DNA of 40,847 nucleotides, taken from positions 1-40,847 of the forward strand of contig SCSL01000040.1 in NCBI GenBank assembly GCA_004298405.1. Direction: 5' to 3'. The position numbers and the translations under genes are program-made. Each line of letters starts with the position of its first letter. The first letter of the stretch is position 1. The notes under the pieces are model-generated. The model did no database searches. It saw only the letters and a list, made by a program, of their open reading frames with translations, and was not told where the DNA came from. Of this stretch, positions 17,563 to 25,100 are shown piece by piece. The stretch comes from Patescibacteria group bacterium. GTDB taxonomy: Bacteria > Patescibacteriota > Patescibacteriia > UBA9934 > GWF2-40-263.

Positions 17563-17671
17563 TATTCCTGACACCTGTTTTATCATCTCGAGAGTTTCTG
17601 CTCTTGGGAGTCCCATGAGTGCCTCCCTTTCCCGGAAGTAGGATCATGCGCAAATTATACACATACCAAAG

Positions 17672-17697
17672 AAAAAAAGCGCTTTTGTCAACGCTTT
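17672..17697 (-). terminator. Weak candidate terminator after the PP2C gene
   Basis: Minus strand reads AAAGCG-N10-CGCTTT followed by TTTTTC. The stem is short. Confidence 0.35.
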
Positions 17698-17711
17698 TAG
17701 ATGAAGCCTTT

Positions 17712-18581
17712 TCAGACTTGGAAGAAGACGACCGTCGCATCATCCAGAAACGGACGAAGGATCGGTGAGAGACGTGTCACGATCGTCTGAAGACGATCCC
17801 AATCCTGGACACACTTTTCGTACGCAAGCCTTCGGAAAGCGACCTCGACCAGTCCACTTGCTCCGTCTGAGCACAAGGCAAAGATCGTGCCGTTGGGCGC
17901 TTCATCCGGTCGGATGAGGCGGACATCCGGCGTGTGGATGAACGCTGGATGGAATGGCGTGTTGCCAAATCCACGCGTCGGGATCAGACCATACGTGGAT
18001 GGCTTTCCGTCCACGATATGATGAAAGCGCTTGACCATCGTATGGCTACCAGGACGTCTGTGATCCGTTTGAGTAAAACGTCCGGTCGCATAGTGCGGAC
18101 GAAGCCGCTCTTGCTCCTGGGGCGCTGTCACATGATGATCCGCGGTGAAGAGGGTATATGGATCTCCATCGTTGTCATCAATCACCGTATACAGCCGAAC
18201 ATCCCCCGCGTGCGCGACCGTCACACCGTCATCAGAGACCACGGCACAGCCAGCAACGGCTCCGTACATCGTGTCCGGATACTGCCTCTCTACTGACTCT
18301 TGAACAGCGTCAAAGACCGTCAGCAGTTCTCCAGGGGAGAATGATCGAGTCAAGGAGTTTTCTTGGAACGGACGAGCCAACCCATTCGCCACGTGCTGGG
18401 CGAACTTTTGCACATCACGCGAAAGGGCGTTGAGCTCATCCTCCTCGGCATCCAACGGTCTCAGCACATGACCATCGGTCACGACCGCGACAAACGGCCA
18501 ACCGGACACCACGCAATACGCATCCTCAGACACAGGGCGTCGAACACCGGTTTCTTGAAAAACACACGTTGAAACGAGCAT
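17712..18581 (-). CDS. PP2C/PPM-family protein phosphatase-like protein
   Basis: 289-aa ORF with the ordered PPM motifs VSEDAY, VAVVTDGH, VAHAGDVRLY, LCSDGASG and C-terminal DDATVVFF. A strong SD (AAGGAGG) lies upstream. Confidence 0.7.
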   Translation of the reverse strand: MLVSTCVFQETGVRRPVSEDAYCVVSGWPFVAVVTDGHVLRPLDAEEDELNALSRDVQKFAQHVANGLARPFQENSLTRSFSPGELLTVFDAVQESVERQYPDTMYGAVAGCAVVSDDGVTVAHAGDVRLYTVIDDNDGDPYTLFTADHHVTAPQEQERLRPHYATGRFTQTDHRRPGSHTMVKRFHHIVDGKPSTYGLIPTRGFGNTPFHPAFIHTPDVRLIRPDEAPNGTIFALCSDGASGLVEVAFRRLAYEKCVQDWDRLQTIVTRLSPILRPFLDDATVVFFQV

Positions 18582-18699
18582 GCGTCACCTCCTTGTGACA
18601 ACACAAACTACCATTTTTTGTAAACCTGTCAACCGTCTTCGTATGAGCGGCTTTATTGCTAAGCTCCGTGACATTTTTTGAAGTGTTATTTTAATGGGA

Positions 18700-19725
18700 T
18701 TAACTTTTAGCCGTGTAGTACGTCGCTCGGCCCTTTCCGTGGCGCTCAATCAGCTTTTGATCGAGCAGATATCGGAAGTCGAGAGCACGGGTTGGCTTGG
18801 CTCTAGCAACCAACGTGGCATAGACCGTGTCATTGATGGATGGGTGCTCACGGAGGTATTCCAGAATAACACGATGGTGGTCCTTCAAACCGGATGTCGG
18901 AGACTCCACCGTTTTCTCCAGTAGCTCTTTGACCCGAAGAAGCTCATCAAGCACGCCGTCGGTGAAGTATTCAAGCCACGGGGTAAAATCGACGTTAAAA
19001 TCATAGTAACTTCCCCGTTCACCTACCGTGGCGAAATACTTAGTCACATTCCCGTTGTAATAGCGCTCAAAGCTAAAGAGGTGAAAGATGTCGATGCCGA
19101 GAGCGGCGAGCAAAAGGGTGGTCAACAATCTGACTGTGCGACCGTTCCCATCCATGAACGGGTGAATCAGGACAAATTGCTTATGGAAAATTCCAGCCAG
19201 AATCAACGGGTCGATCTTCTCTTTTTTAACATTGGAAAACTCCAACAGCTGTTCAAGTAATCGAGGGACGTCTTCGTGATCCGGCGGCCAAAAGATCGTC
19301 TGACCCAATTTTGGATCATTAACGAAGACTGGCGCTGTTCGGAGAGCTCCGGAAGAAAACTCCGGTAATAACCTATTGGTCACTGAACGTTGGGTATCGA
19401 GGATGGTCTGGATATCAATGGTGGCAGTCCCCAAATCAATCCGTTTCTTGAGCTCCAAAAGCGCTTCGTTGTAATTCAGAACTTCCCGTTCAGAGTCCCG
19501 AACCCGATCAGGTGCTTGCTTCAAAAGCCTCTTTACGTCCGTGAGAGGAAGAGGGTTGCCTTCAATGCTGGTGGAGGCGTGGGCGGAAATCTCCCGGGCC
19601 ACACGTTCCATTTCAAAGGTAACAACCTGAGGAAATCGCCGTTCGTTCAGGCTTGTTACGATCTCGGCGATTCGCTTAATGTTGGCAAGAAGGGCGGGAG
19701 TAATTGTGTATTTTGGCTCAAACAT
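18700..19725 (-). CDS. Fic-family protein (AMPylase type) with an N-terminal inhibitory motif and a C-terminal winged-helix-like region
   Basis: 341-aa ORF with the canonical Fic motif HPFMDGNGRTVR. The upstream STSIEG fits the (S/T)xxxE(G/N) inhibitory helix of class II Fic proteins. Confidence 0.9.
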   Translation of the reverse strand: MFEPKYTITPALLANIKRIAEIVTSLNERRFPQVVTFEMERVAREISAHASTSIEGNPLPLTDVKRLLKQAPDRVRDSEREVLNYNEALLELKKRIDLGTATIDIQTILDTQRSVTNRLLPEFSSGALRTAPVFVNDPKLGQTIFWPPDHEDVPRLLEQLLEFSNVKKEKIDPLILAGIFHKQFVLIHPFMDGNGRTVRLLTTLLLAALGIDIFHLFSFERYYNGNVTKYFATVGERGSYYDFNVDFTPWLEYFTDGVLDELLRVKELLEKTVESPTSGLKDHHRVILEYLREHPSINDTVYATLVARAKPTRALDFRYLLDQKLIERHGKGRATYYTAKS

Positions 19726-19738
19726 ACGCCTGTTTTAT

Positions 19739-19780
19739 AGACGTATTTTAGACGATTTTTAGACGATTGTAAACGTGTTT
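19739..19780 (-). promoter_or_regulatory. Three to four 11-bp phased direct repeats (AGACGnTTTTn) immediately upstream of fic, overlapping a TACAAT -10-like box
   Basis: Plus strand reads AGACGTATTTT AGACGATTTTT AGACGATTGTA AACGTG.., with repeat starts at 19739, 19750 and 19761. The repeats lie 14-55 nt from the fic ATG. Confidence 0.4.
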
Positions 19781-19831
19781 CTAGGGTATGGACTCAAACT
19801 TCTTCGACGGGATGCGCTGGATCTGGATTTT

Positions 19832-20395
19832 TTAGGAAACTTTTTGGATCATCTCCATCGTCTTTGCTTTTGGAAGTCCCATCAACGCTTCCCACTCTCC
19901 TTCAACATGTACGAACGGCAGAAACAACGGATGCTCAGCTGCGAGGCCGCCGGCGTACTTGAATGCCTGTTCTGTCTCAACGAATTCACGAATATTCTCT
20001 CGCGGGATCAGATCGAAGGTTACCGTGACCTCTACGACTTCACAGATCCGTTTTCCGTTGAGGGTGTTACAGACGACTGTTGCGGAGGTGGTGATCTGCG
20101 GTTTCTGATCGAACGCTGCAATGAATGCGTATGCTTCCTCCTTGCTCGTTGGTTTCTCACGAACTATACCATCGACTACCATCACTTGATCTGAACAAAT
20201 GACAATCGCATCTTCAACAACTTGTTCGAGAACAGCATCCATCTTTGCCTGCGCGATCGCGGTGACAAGTTTGCGAGGGTCATCACGTCGAATCGCCCGC
20301 TCATTGATGTCTGGGGAGATTATCGTGAAGGAATATCCCATCGCTTCAAGCACAGCCTTGCGACTTGGAGAGCTTGATCCAAGAATGATGTTCAT
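19832..20395 (-). CDS. maf: Maf-like nucleoside triphosphate pyrophosphatase
   Basis: 187-aa ORF starting MNIILGSSSPSRKAVLE, with typical Maf length and motifs. Confidence 0.88.
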   Translation of the reverse strand: MNIILGSSSPSRKAVLEAMGYSFTIISPDINERAIRRDDPRKLVTAIAQAKMDAVLEQVVEDAIVICSDQVMVVDGIVREKPTSKEEAYAFIAAFDQKPQITTSATVVCNTLNGKRICEVVEVTVTFDLIPRENIREFVETEQAFKYAGGLAAEHPLFLPFVHVEGEWEALMGLPKAKTMEMIQKVS

Positions 20396-20464
20396 AGCGG
20401 TCGGGTTAACCTCGCTCGAGGACGATTTGAGTTAACTTTTCAAGCTCATTCATAGGATGGCAGT

Positions 20465-20791
20465 TTATGAAAGCATCTTAAAACGAACAATCCTCACAAC
20501 TGTCTCGGGTGTGACCTGGTCACCGTAAAACTCTCGGAAGGACGCATACATCTGTTCTTCGTTTTCGTATTTTTCATGTCCAACGAAGTCCGCTTCCACG
20601 AGTTGTCCCAGCTCCTTGTCATATGCCTCCAAGACGATCGCTTTCCCAAATGGTTCCTTTGTTTCCCAGTTCACCAACTCAATCTCATTACCGACCTGGA
20701 GATCCTTATCGTCAAGCAGACGAAACGTTGTTGTTTTCTCTCCACGTAGAATCATGTCTGCCAACCAGGGGCGAAACTTGAGCATTTTCAT
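20465..20791 (-). CDS. ASCH (PUA-like) domain protein
   Basis: The KFRPWLADMILRGEKTTTFRL..GNEIELV..FGKAIV pattern is ASCH-like. The start is set to ATG 20789-20791, 5 nt after GGAGG and just after the secA stop. Confidence 0.6.
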   Translation of the reverse strand: MKMLKFRPWLADMILRGEKTTTFRLLDDKDLQVGNEIELVNWETKEPFGKAIVLEAYDKELGQLVEADFVGHEKYENEEQMYASFREFYGDQVTPETVVRIVRFKMLS

Positions 20792-20792
20792 A

Positions 20793-23597
20793 CTATCCTC
20801 CATGACACTTCTTATATTTTCTCCCAGACCCACAGGGACAGGGGACATTTCGGCCAACTTTCGATGAAAAGCTGGTAGCCGCCGCTCCCTCCCCCCTTAA
20901 TCCCCCCTCAGGCAGGGGGGAGACCGAAAAGGGAGGACGTTCAGAAGATCCATTACTCGTCTTTTGTGCCCCGTGCAATACCAATCCTGCTTTTTGGAAC
21001 ACCGAACGTCCCAGCTCGGCTTGCACTTTCATGTCCACAGCGTGCTTGGCGTACTTGAAAAACGTTTGCGTGATCTCACTGTTAATCGATCCGAGTAAAT
21101 GCTGAAACATGTTGTACCCCTCCTTCTTATACTCCACGAGAGGATCCCGTTGACCATACCCCTGAAGTCCGATTCCTGTACGAAGCGCCGACATCGCCGC
21201 CAAATGATCAATCCAAAGCATGTCAATGGCGCGAAGGATCACGGCACGTTCAATGCTGTAGACATTCTTTCGTTCCTCAAACACATCATAGAGCTTGTCG
21301 TATTGCGCGCGAATAATCTCCATGACGTTTCCAATCACTTCTGACCGACCCTGCGCAAGTTCTTCTTTGTTTTTTGCCTCAGATTGTCCAATCGACGTAA
21401 GCTGGGTCTTCTGCTCCTCACTGAGCGCCACGATTGTTCCAATCGATTCAATGATCTCCTTCACGTCCCACGCGTCGGCAACCCCCTGTGGTCCCCCTTG
21501 GGAAGGGGGACGGCCTGTCTGTTCCGAGGAATGAAACAACACGATCTGCTCCACTTCACCTTCGATGATGTCCAGGATGCGATCACGCAATTTCTCAGGC
21601 TCGTTTGCAAAGCTCTCAAGCACCTCATGACGTCGCGCATAAATAATCTCACGGTGCTTGTTGAGCACATCGTCGTACTCGAGGAGATGTTTGCGCGCAT
21701 CAAAGTGATGACCCTCGACGCGCACTTGCGCCTTTTCGATCGAACTCGTGATCAGTTTTGCCTCGATCGGCTGATCGTCGGGAATGCCTAGCCGATCCAT
21801 CATGCCACGAGCGCGATCGGATCCGAAAATGCGCATGAGCCCATCTTCCATCGATAAATAAAACTGTGTGTACCCGGGATCTCCTTGTCGACCAGATCGT
21901 CCACGTAGCTGGTTATCAATGCGACGAGAATCATGACGTTCCGTTCCAATGACGTGCAGTCCGCCGAGCCTCTTCACCTCCTCCTCTTCTTCCTTCGTGG
22001 CAGGATTTCCTCCAAGCTTAATGTCGACCCCGCGTCCGGCCATGTTGGTCGCAATCGTCACTGCCCCTTTACGTCCCGCTTGAGCAATAATCTCTCCTTC
22101 GCGCGCATGGTTCTTTGCATTCAACACTTCATGGCGGATTCCTGCCTTCGTGAATAGCGATGACAAAACCTCGTTTTTTTCTACGCTCACCGTACCAACC
22201 AAAACCGGCTGTCCTTTCTGCTGGTACTCCTTGATCTCTCGCGCAAGTGCCAGGTACTTCCCGGCTTCCGTTTTATAAATCCGATCCTGTGCATCCACGC
22301 GGATGACAGGCTTGTTTGTGGGAATTTCGACAACTTCCAGGTTGTAAATTTTGGCAAACTCTTCCGCTTCGGTTGCGGCCGTTCCTGTCATGCCGGAAAG
22401 TTTGTGATACATGCGGAACAAATTCTGAAACGTAATCGTTGCCATCGTACGGCTCTCATTTTGGATCGGCACACCTTCCTTGGCCTCAATCGCCTGGTGA
22501 ATCCCTTCAGAGAATCGACGACCTGGCATGAGACGTCCCGTAAATTCATCCACGATAAGAACCTCTCCCTCTTTCACAACATAGTGAACATCTCGTTGAT
22601 AGTTGGCGCGGGCGCGCAACGCCGTGTCGGCAAAACGCTGATACAGCCCCTGGTCGATGGCGTACAAATTTTCAATCCCGAGTGTTCGTTCGATCTTTTC
22701 AATGCCTGCTTCCGTTAACGTGGATGCGCGCATTTTCTCATCGATGTTGAAATCTTCCTTCTCATTGAGTGTGGTCGCAATCTGTGCAAATCGATAATAG
22801 AGGTCATTAGATTTTTCTGCGGGCGCCGAAATGATGAGTGGCGTGCGCGCTTCGTCGATCAAAATAGAATCGATTTCGTCCACGATCGCATAATGCAATT
22901 CCCGCATAACGCATTGATCCAGGGCGGGCGCCATGTTATCGCGAAGATAATCAAATCCAAATTGATTATTTGTGCCGTAGGTAATATCCGACGCATACGC
23001 CTCCTTCCTCGAACATGGTCGTAAGTAATCCTCTCTCACATGAAACGAATCCTTAGATCCTTCTAGTCCTTCTGTTCCTTCTAACCCTTTCTTATACCCC
23101 CGGTCATACATCAGTCCCCCATCTTGCTGGATACATCCAACACTCAACCCAAGAAAATCAAAAATCTGTCCCATCCAAACCGCATCGCGTTTGGCAAGGT
23201 AGTCGTTGACTGTCACGAGATGACAACCTTGACCGCGCAGAGCATTGGTATAGAGCGCAAGCGTGGAGGTGAGTGTCTTTCCCTCTCCCGTGCGCATTTC
23301 CGCGATCTGTCCACGATGAAGCACAAGCCCCCCGATGAGTTGCACATCGAAATGTCGCTGACCAAGCGTGCGGTGAGCCGCTTCTCGGACAACCGCAAAC
23401 GCTTCGTGCACAAGATCATCGATAGTAGCTCCTGCGACAAGTCTGTTCTTGAACTCCTGAGTCTTTGCCTTTAACTGGTCATCGCTTAATGCACGCAGTC
23501 CACTCTCAAGAGCGTTAATCTTCTCCACCTCGCGACCAAGCTCAGACAGAAGTTTTTTGTTTGGATCACCAAAAAGGATCTTCAAAATCTTTGACAT
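20793..23597 (-). CDS. secA: Preprotein translocase ATPase SecA
   Basis: Motifs MRTGEGKTL and VDEIDSILIDEARTPLIIS and the C-terminal zinc finger CPCGSGRKYKKCHG are present. The likely start is ATG 23595-23597 (MSKILKILFGDPNKK); the ORF track extends to TTG 23627. Confidence 0.95.
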   Translation of the reverse strand: MSKILKILFGDPNKKLLSELGREVEKINALESGLRALSDDQLKAKTQEFKNRLVAGATIDDLVHEAFAVVREAAHRTLGQRHFDVQLIGGLVLHRGQIAEMRTGEGKTLTSTLALYTNALRGQGCHLVTVNDYLAKRDAVWMGQIFDFLGLSVGCIQQDGGLMYDRGYKKGLEGTEGLEGSKDSFHVREDYLRPCSRKEAYASDITYGTNNQFGFDYLRDNMAPALDQCVMRELHYAIVDEIDSILIDEARTPLIISAPAEKSNDLYYRFAQIATTLNEKEDFNIDEKMRASTLTEAGIEKIERTLGIENLYAIDQGLYQRFADTALRARANYQRDVHYVVKEGEVLIVDEFTGRLMPGRRFSEGIHQAIEAKEGVPIQNESRTMATITFQNLFRMYHKLSGMTGTAATEAEEFAKIYNLEVVEIPTNKPVIRVDAQDRIYKTEAGKYLALAREIKEYQQKGQPVLVGTVSVEKNEVLSSLFTKAGIRHEVLNAKNHAREGEIIAQAGRKGAVTIATNMAGRGVDIKLGGNPATKEEEEEVKRLGGLHVIGTERHDSRRIDNQLRGRSGRQGDPGYTQFYLSMEDGLMRIFGSDRARGMMDRLGIPDDQPIEAKLITSSIEKAQVRVEGHHFDARKHLLEYDDVLNKHREIIYARRHEVLESFANEPEKLRDRILDIIEGEVEQIVLFHSSEQTGRPPSQGGPQGVADAWDVKEIIESIGTIVALSEEQKTQLTSIGQSEAKNKEELAQGRSEVIGNVMEIIRAQYDKLYDVFEERKNVYSIERAVILRAIDMLWIDHLAAMSALRTGIGLQGYGQRDPLVEYKKEGYNMFQHLLGSINSEITQTFFKYAKHAVDMKVQAELGRSVFQKAGLVLHGAQKTSNGSSERPPFSVSPLPEGGLRGEGAAATSFSSKVGRNVPCPCGSGRKYKKCHGG
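20885..20940. repeat. GC-rich nested palindrome lying in frame in the secA C-terminal linker
   Basis: The inner stem is TCCCCCC (20901-20907) / GGGGGGA (20915-20921). The outer stem is CCTCCC (20888-20893) / GGGAGG (20931-20936). It encodes PFSVSPLPEGGLRGEG. Confidence 0.5.
21491..21511. repeat. GC-rich 7-bp-stem palindrome lying in frame inside secA
   Basis: GTCCCCC-TTGGGAA-GGGGGAC. It encodes part of GRPPSQGGPQG, just before the WD(V/I) block. Confidence 0.45.
23058..23084. repeat. Three tandem 9-nt repeats (TCCTTCTNN) in frame in secA
   Basis: TCCTTCTAG TCCTTCTGT TCCTTCTAA on the plus strand, encoding LEGTEGLEG. Confidence 0.6.
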
Positions 23598-23625
23598 ACG
23601 CGCAAGATTATCCACTGTTTCCTCC

Positions 23626-23658
23626 AAAAAATCAATGGCGGGATCATGGAACCCCGCC
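23626..23658 (-). terminator. Candidate terminator or attenuator between hpf and secA
   Basis: Minus strand reads GGCGGG-N10-CCCGCC followed by ATTGATTTTTT. It ends at the secA translation start region. Confidence 0.5.
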
Positions 23659-23666
23659 GATTCTGA

Positions 23667-24014
23667 TTATTTCTTGTCTGGTCTTCCTCCTCGCTCATGT
23701 TTATCCTTCAGTTTTGTCTTGTAATCCTTGAGTTGGCGTCGAATCTGGTCACGAGCCACCAAAATCGCGTGGTAGAGATCCTCTTCCTGCGCGGTTGCGC
23801 GAAGTTCAGAACCAGGAACATGAAGCTGGAATTCCGCTCGATAGAATGGTCCTTTGACATGGTGCTTGGTTGATTTTCCGACTTCAACCGTCAACTCGGC
23901 TGAGGGTTCAAACCAATTTGTCAGTTTTTCAAGCACGTGGACTTGTTCTTCGACCCGGGATTTGATCGCCTGAGTGAGCGGCATGTTGACACCTTTGATA
24001 GAAATAATGCGCAT
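23667..24014 (-). CDS. hpf: Ribosome hibernation promoting factor / RaiA family (short form)
   Basis: 115-aa ORF starting MRIISIKGVNMPLTQAIKSRVEEQV. The length and pattern fit HPF, and hpf-secA synteny is common. Confidence 0.85.
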   Translation of the reverse strand: MRIISIKGVNMPLTQAIKSRVEEQVHVLEKLTNWFEPSAELTVEVGKSTKHHVKGPFYRAEFQLHVPGSELRATAQEEDLYHAILVARDQIRRQLKDYKTKLKDKHERGGRPDKK

Positions 24015-24020
24015 AGTCTA

Positions 24021-24083
24021 GTGTTAGGTTTTAGGGGGTTAGGTGGTTAGTTTATCTAACCACCTAGTGCTCTAACCACCTAA
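24021..24083 (-). promoter_or_regulatory. Repeat-rich hpf leader with alternative pairings
   Basis: On the plus strand, (TTAGGnnn)x3 ends in TAGGTGGTTAG (24040-24050). Two copies of its complement CTAACCACCTA follow, at 24056-24066 and 24072-24082. Confidence 0.4.
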
Positions 24084-25075
24084 AATCCAACATACTGAAC
24101 CTCCTCCATCAACTGTATCCCAAACTCGTTGCGTGCGCGAGACTTGATCAGAGCGATGAGTTGCACGACATCACTCGCGGTCGCTGAGCCAGTATTCAAC
24201 ACAAAATTTCCATGCACGTCGCTCACCTTTGCCCCACCGATCTGTGTTCCTTTGAGGCCGAGCTTGTCGATGAGCCAGCCCGCGCTTGCACGTCGGGCTG
24301 ACTTCATCTCTGAAGGTAAATCGATTTTTTCCTCAAGTCGTTGCAGTTCCTCATCAGATAAAATTTCGTAATTCTTGAACAGACATCCCGCTGATCCAGC
24401 ATCAAGTGGCTGAGTCATTTTTCGTTTCATGAGGGTATCGTCCAGTTCAGATTTCAATTCATGCGCATCGCCTTCCTCAAGTTCAAATGTCGCCGAGAGA
24501 ATGATGTCATCAGAATGTTTGATGTCAGACTCACGGTAACCAAAGTTCAAATCCGCCTTTGTCAACTCGATAATCTGGAACGGGGCTGAAGCCCCTTTGA
24601 AAATTTGTGGGGCACAACGCAGAACTTCCACGTGTACCAACCGATCTTTCATTTCCCCGCCAAAGCACCCAGCGTTTCCACGCACGCCGCCACCTACAGT
24701 CCCGGGAAGTGAGATGGCCCAAGTGAGACCTTTAAGCCCCGCGTTGGATGTTGCACGCGCGAGCGCGGAAGAGAGAACTCCCGCATCGGCTCGCACACGT
24801 GTCCTCTGAATGTCATAGGTCCGCATGGCAATTTTGATAACGATCCCCTCAAACCCCTGGTCACTCGCTAGCAGGTTGGATCCTCCACCAAAAACAAACG
24901 TGGCGAGTCCGTTCTCATGGGCGATAATCAAAATCTTTTGGAGTTCATCAACCGACCGCACCTCGACAAACCATTTGACCGGTCCGCCAATTCGAAAATT
25001 CGTGTGCTTACTCATGGGCTCGTCCTCAAGGCATCTTGTCCCAGCAATGTCTTGAAGTTGTTGCGTGATGGTCAT
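24080..25075 (-). CDS. murB: UDP-N-acetylenolpyruvoylglucosamine reductase MurB
   Basis: Motifs KHTNFRIGGP and FGGGSNLL and a MurB C-terminal domain are present. The start is set to ATG 25073-25075 (MTITQQ..), which avoids overlap with murC. Confidence 0.9.
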   Translation of the reverse strand: MTITQQLQDIAGTRCLEDEPMSKHTNFRIGGPVKWFVEVRSVDELQKILIIAHENGLATFVFGGGSNLLASDQGFEGIVIKIAMRTYDIQRTRVRADAGVLSSALARATSNAGLKGLTWAISLPGTVGGGVRGNAGCFGGEMKDRLVHVEVLRCAPQIFKGASAPFQIIELTKADLNFGYRESDIKHSDDIILSATFELEEGDAHELKSELDDTLMKRKMTQPLDAGSAGCLFKNYEILSDEELQRLEEKIDLPSEMKSARRASAGWLIDKLGLKGTQIGGAKVSDVHGNFVLNTGSATASDVVQLIALIKSRARNEFGIQLMEEVQYVGF

Positions 25076-25100
25076 ACATTTTGTTTTCGGCCCTCCCCCT

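Noticed and set aside
24021-24050. TTAGG/TTAGGG telomere-like repeats
   Set aside because: There are only three irregular units in an internal bacterial intergenic spacer. They are more plausibly part of the hpf leader structure.
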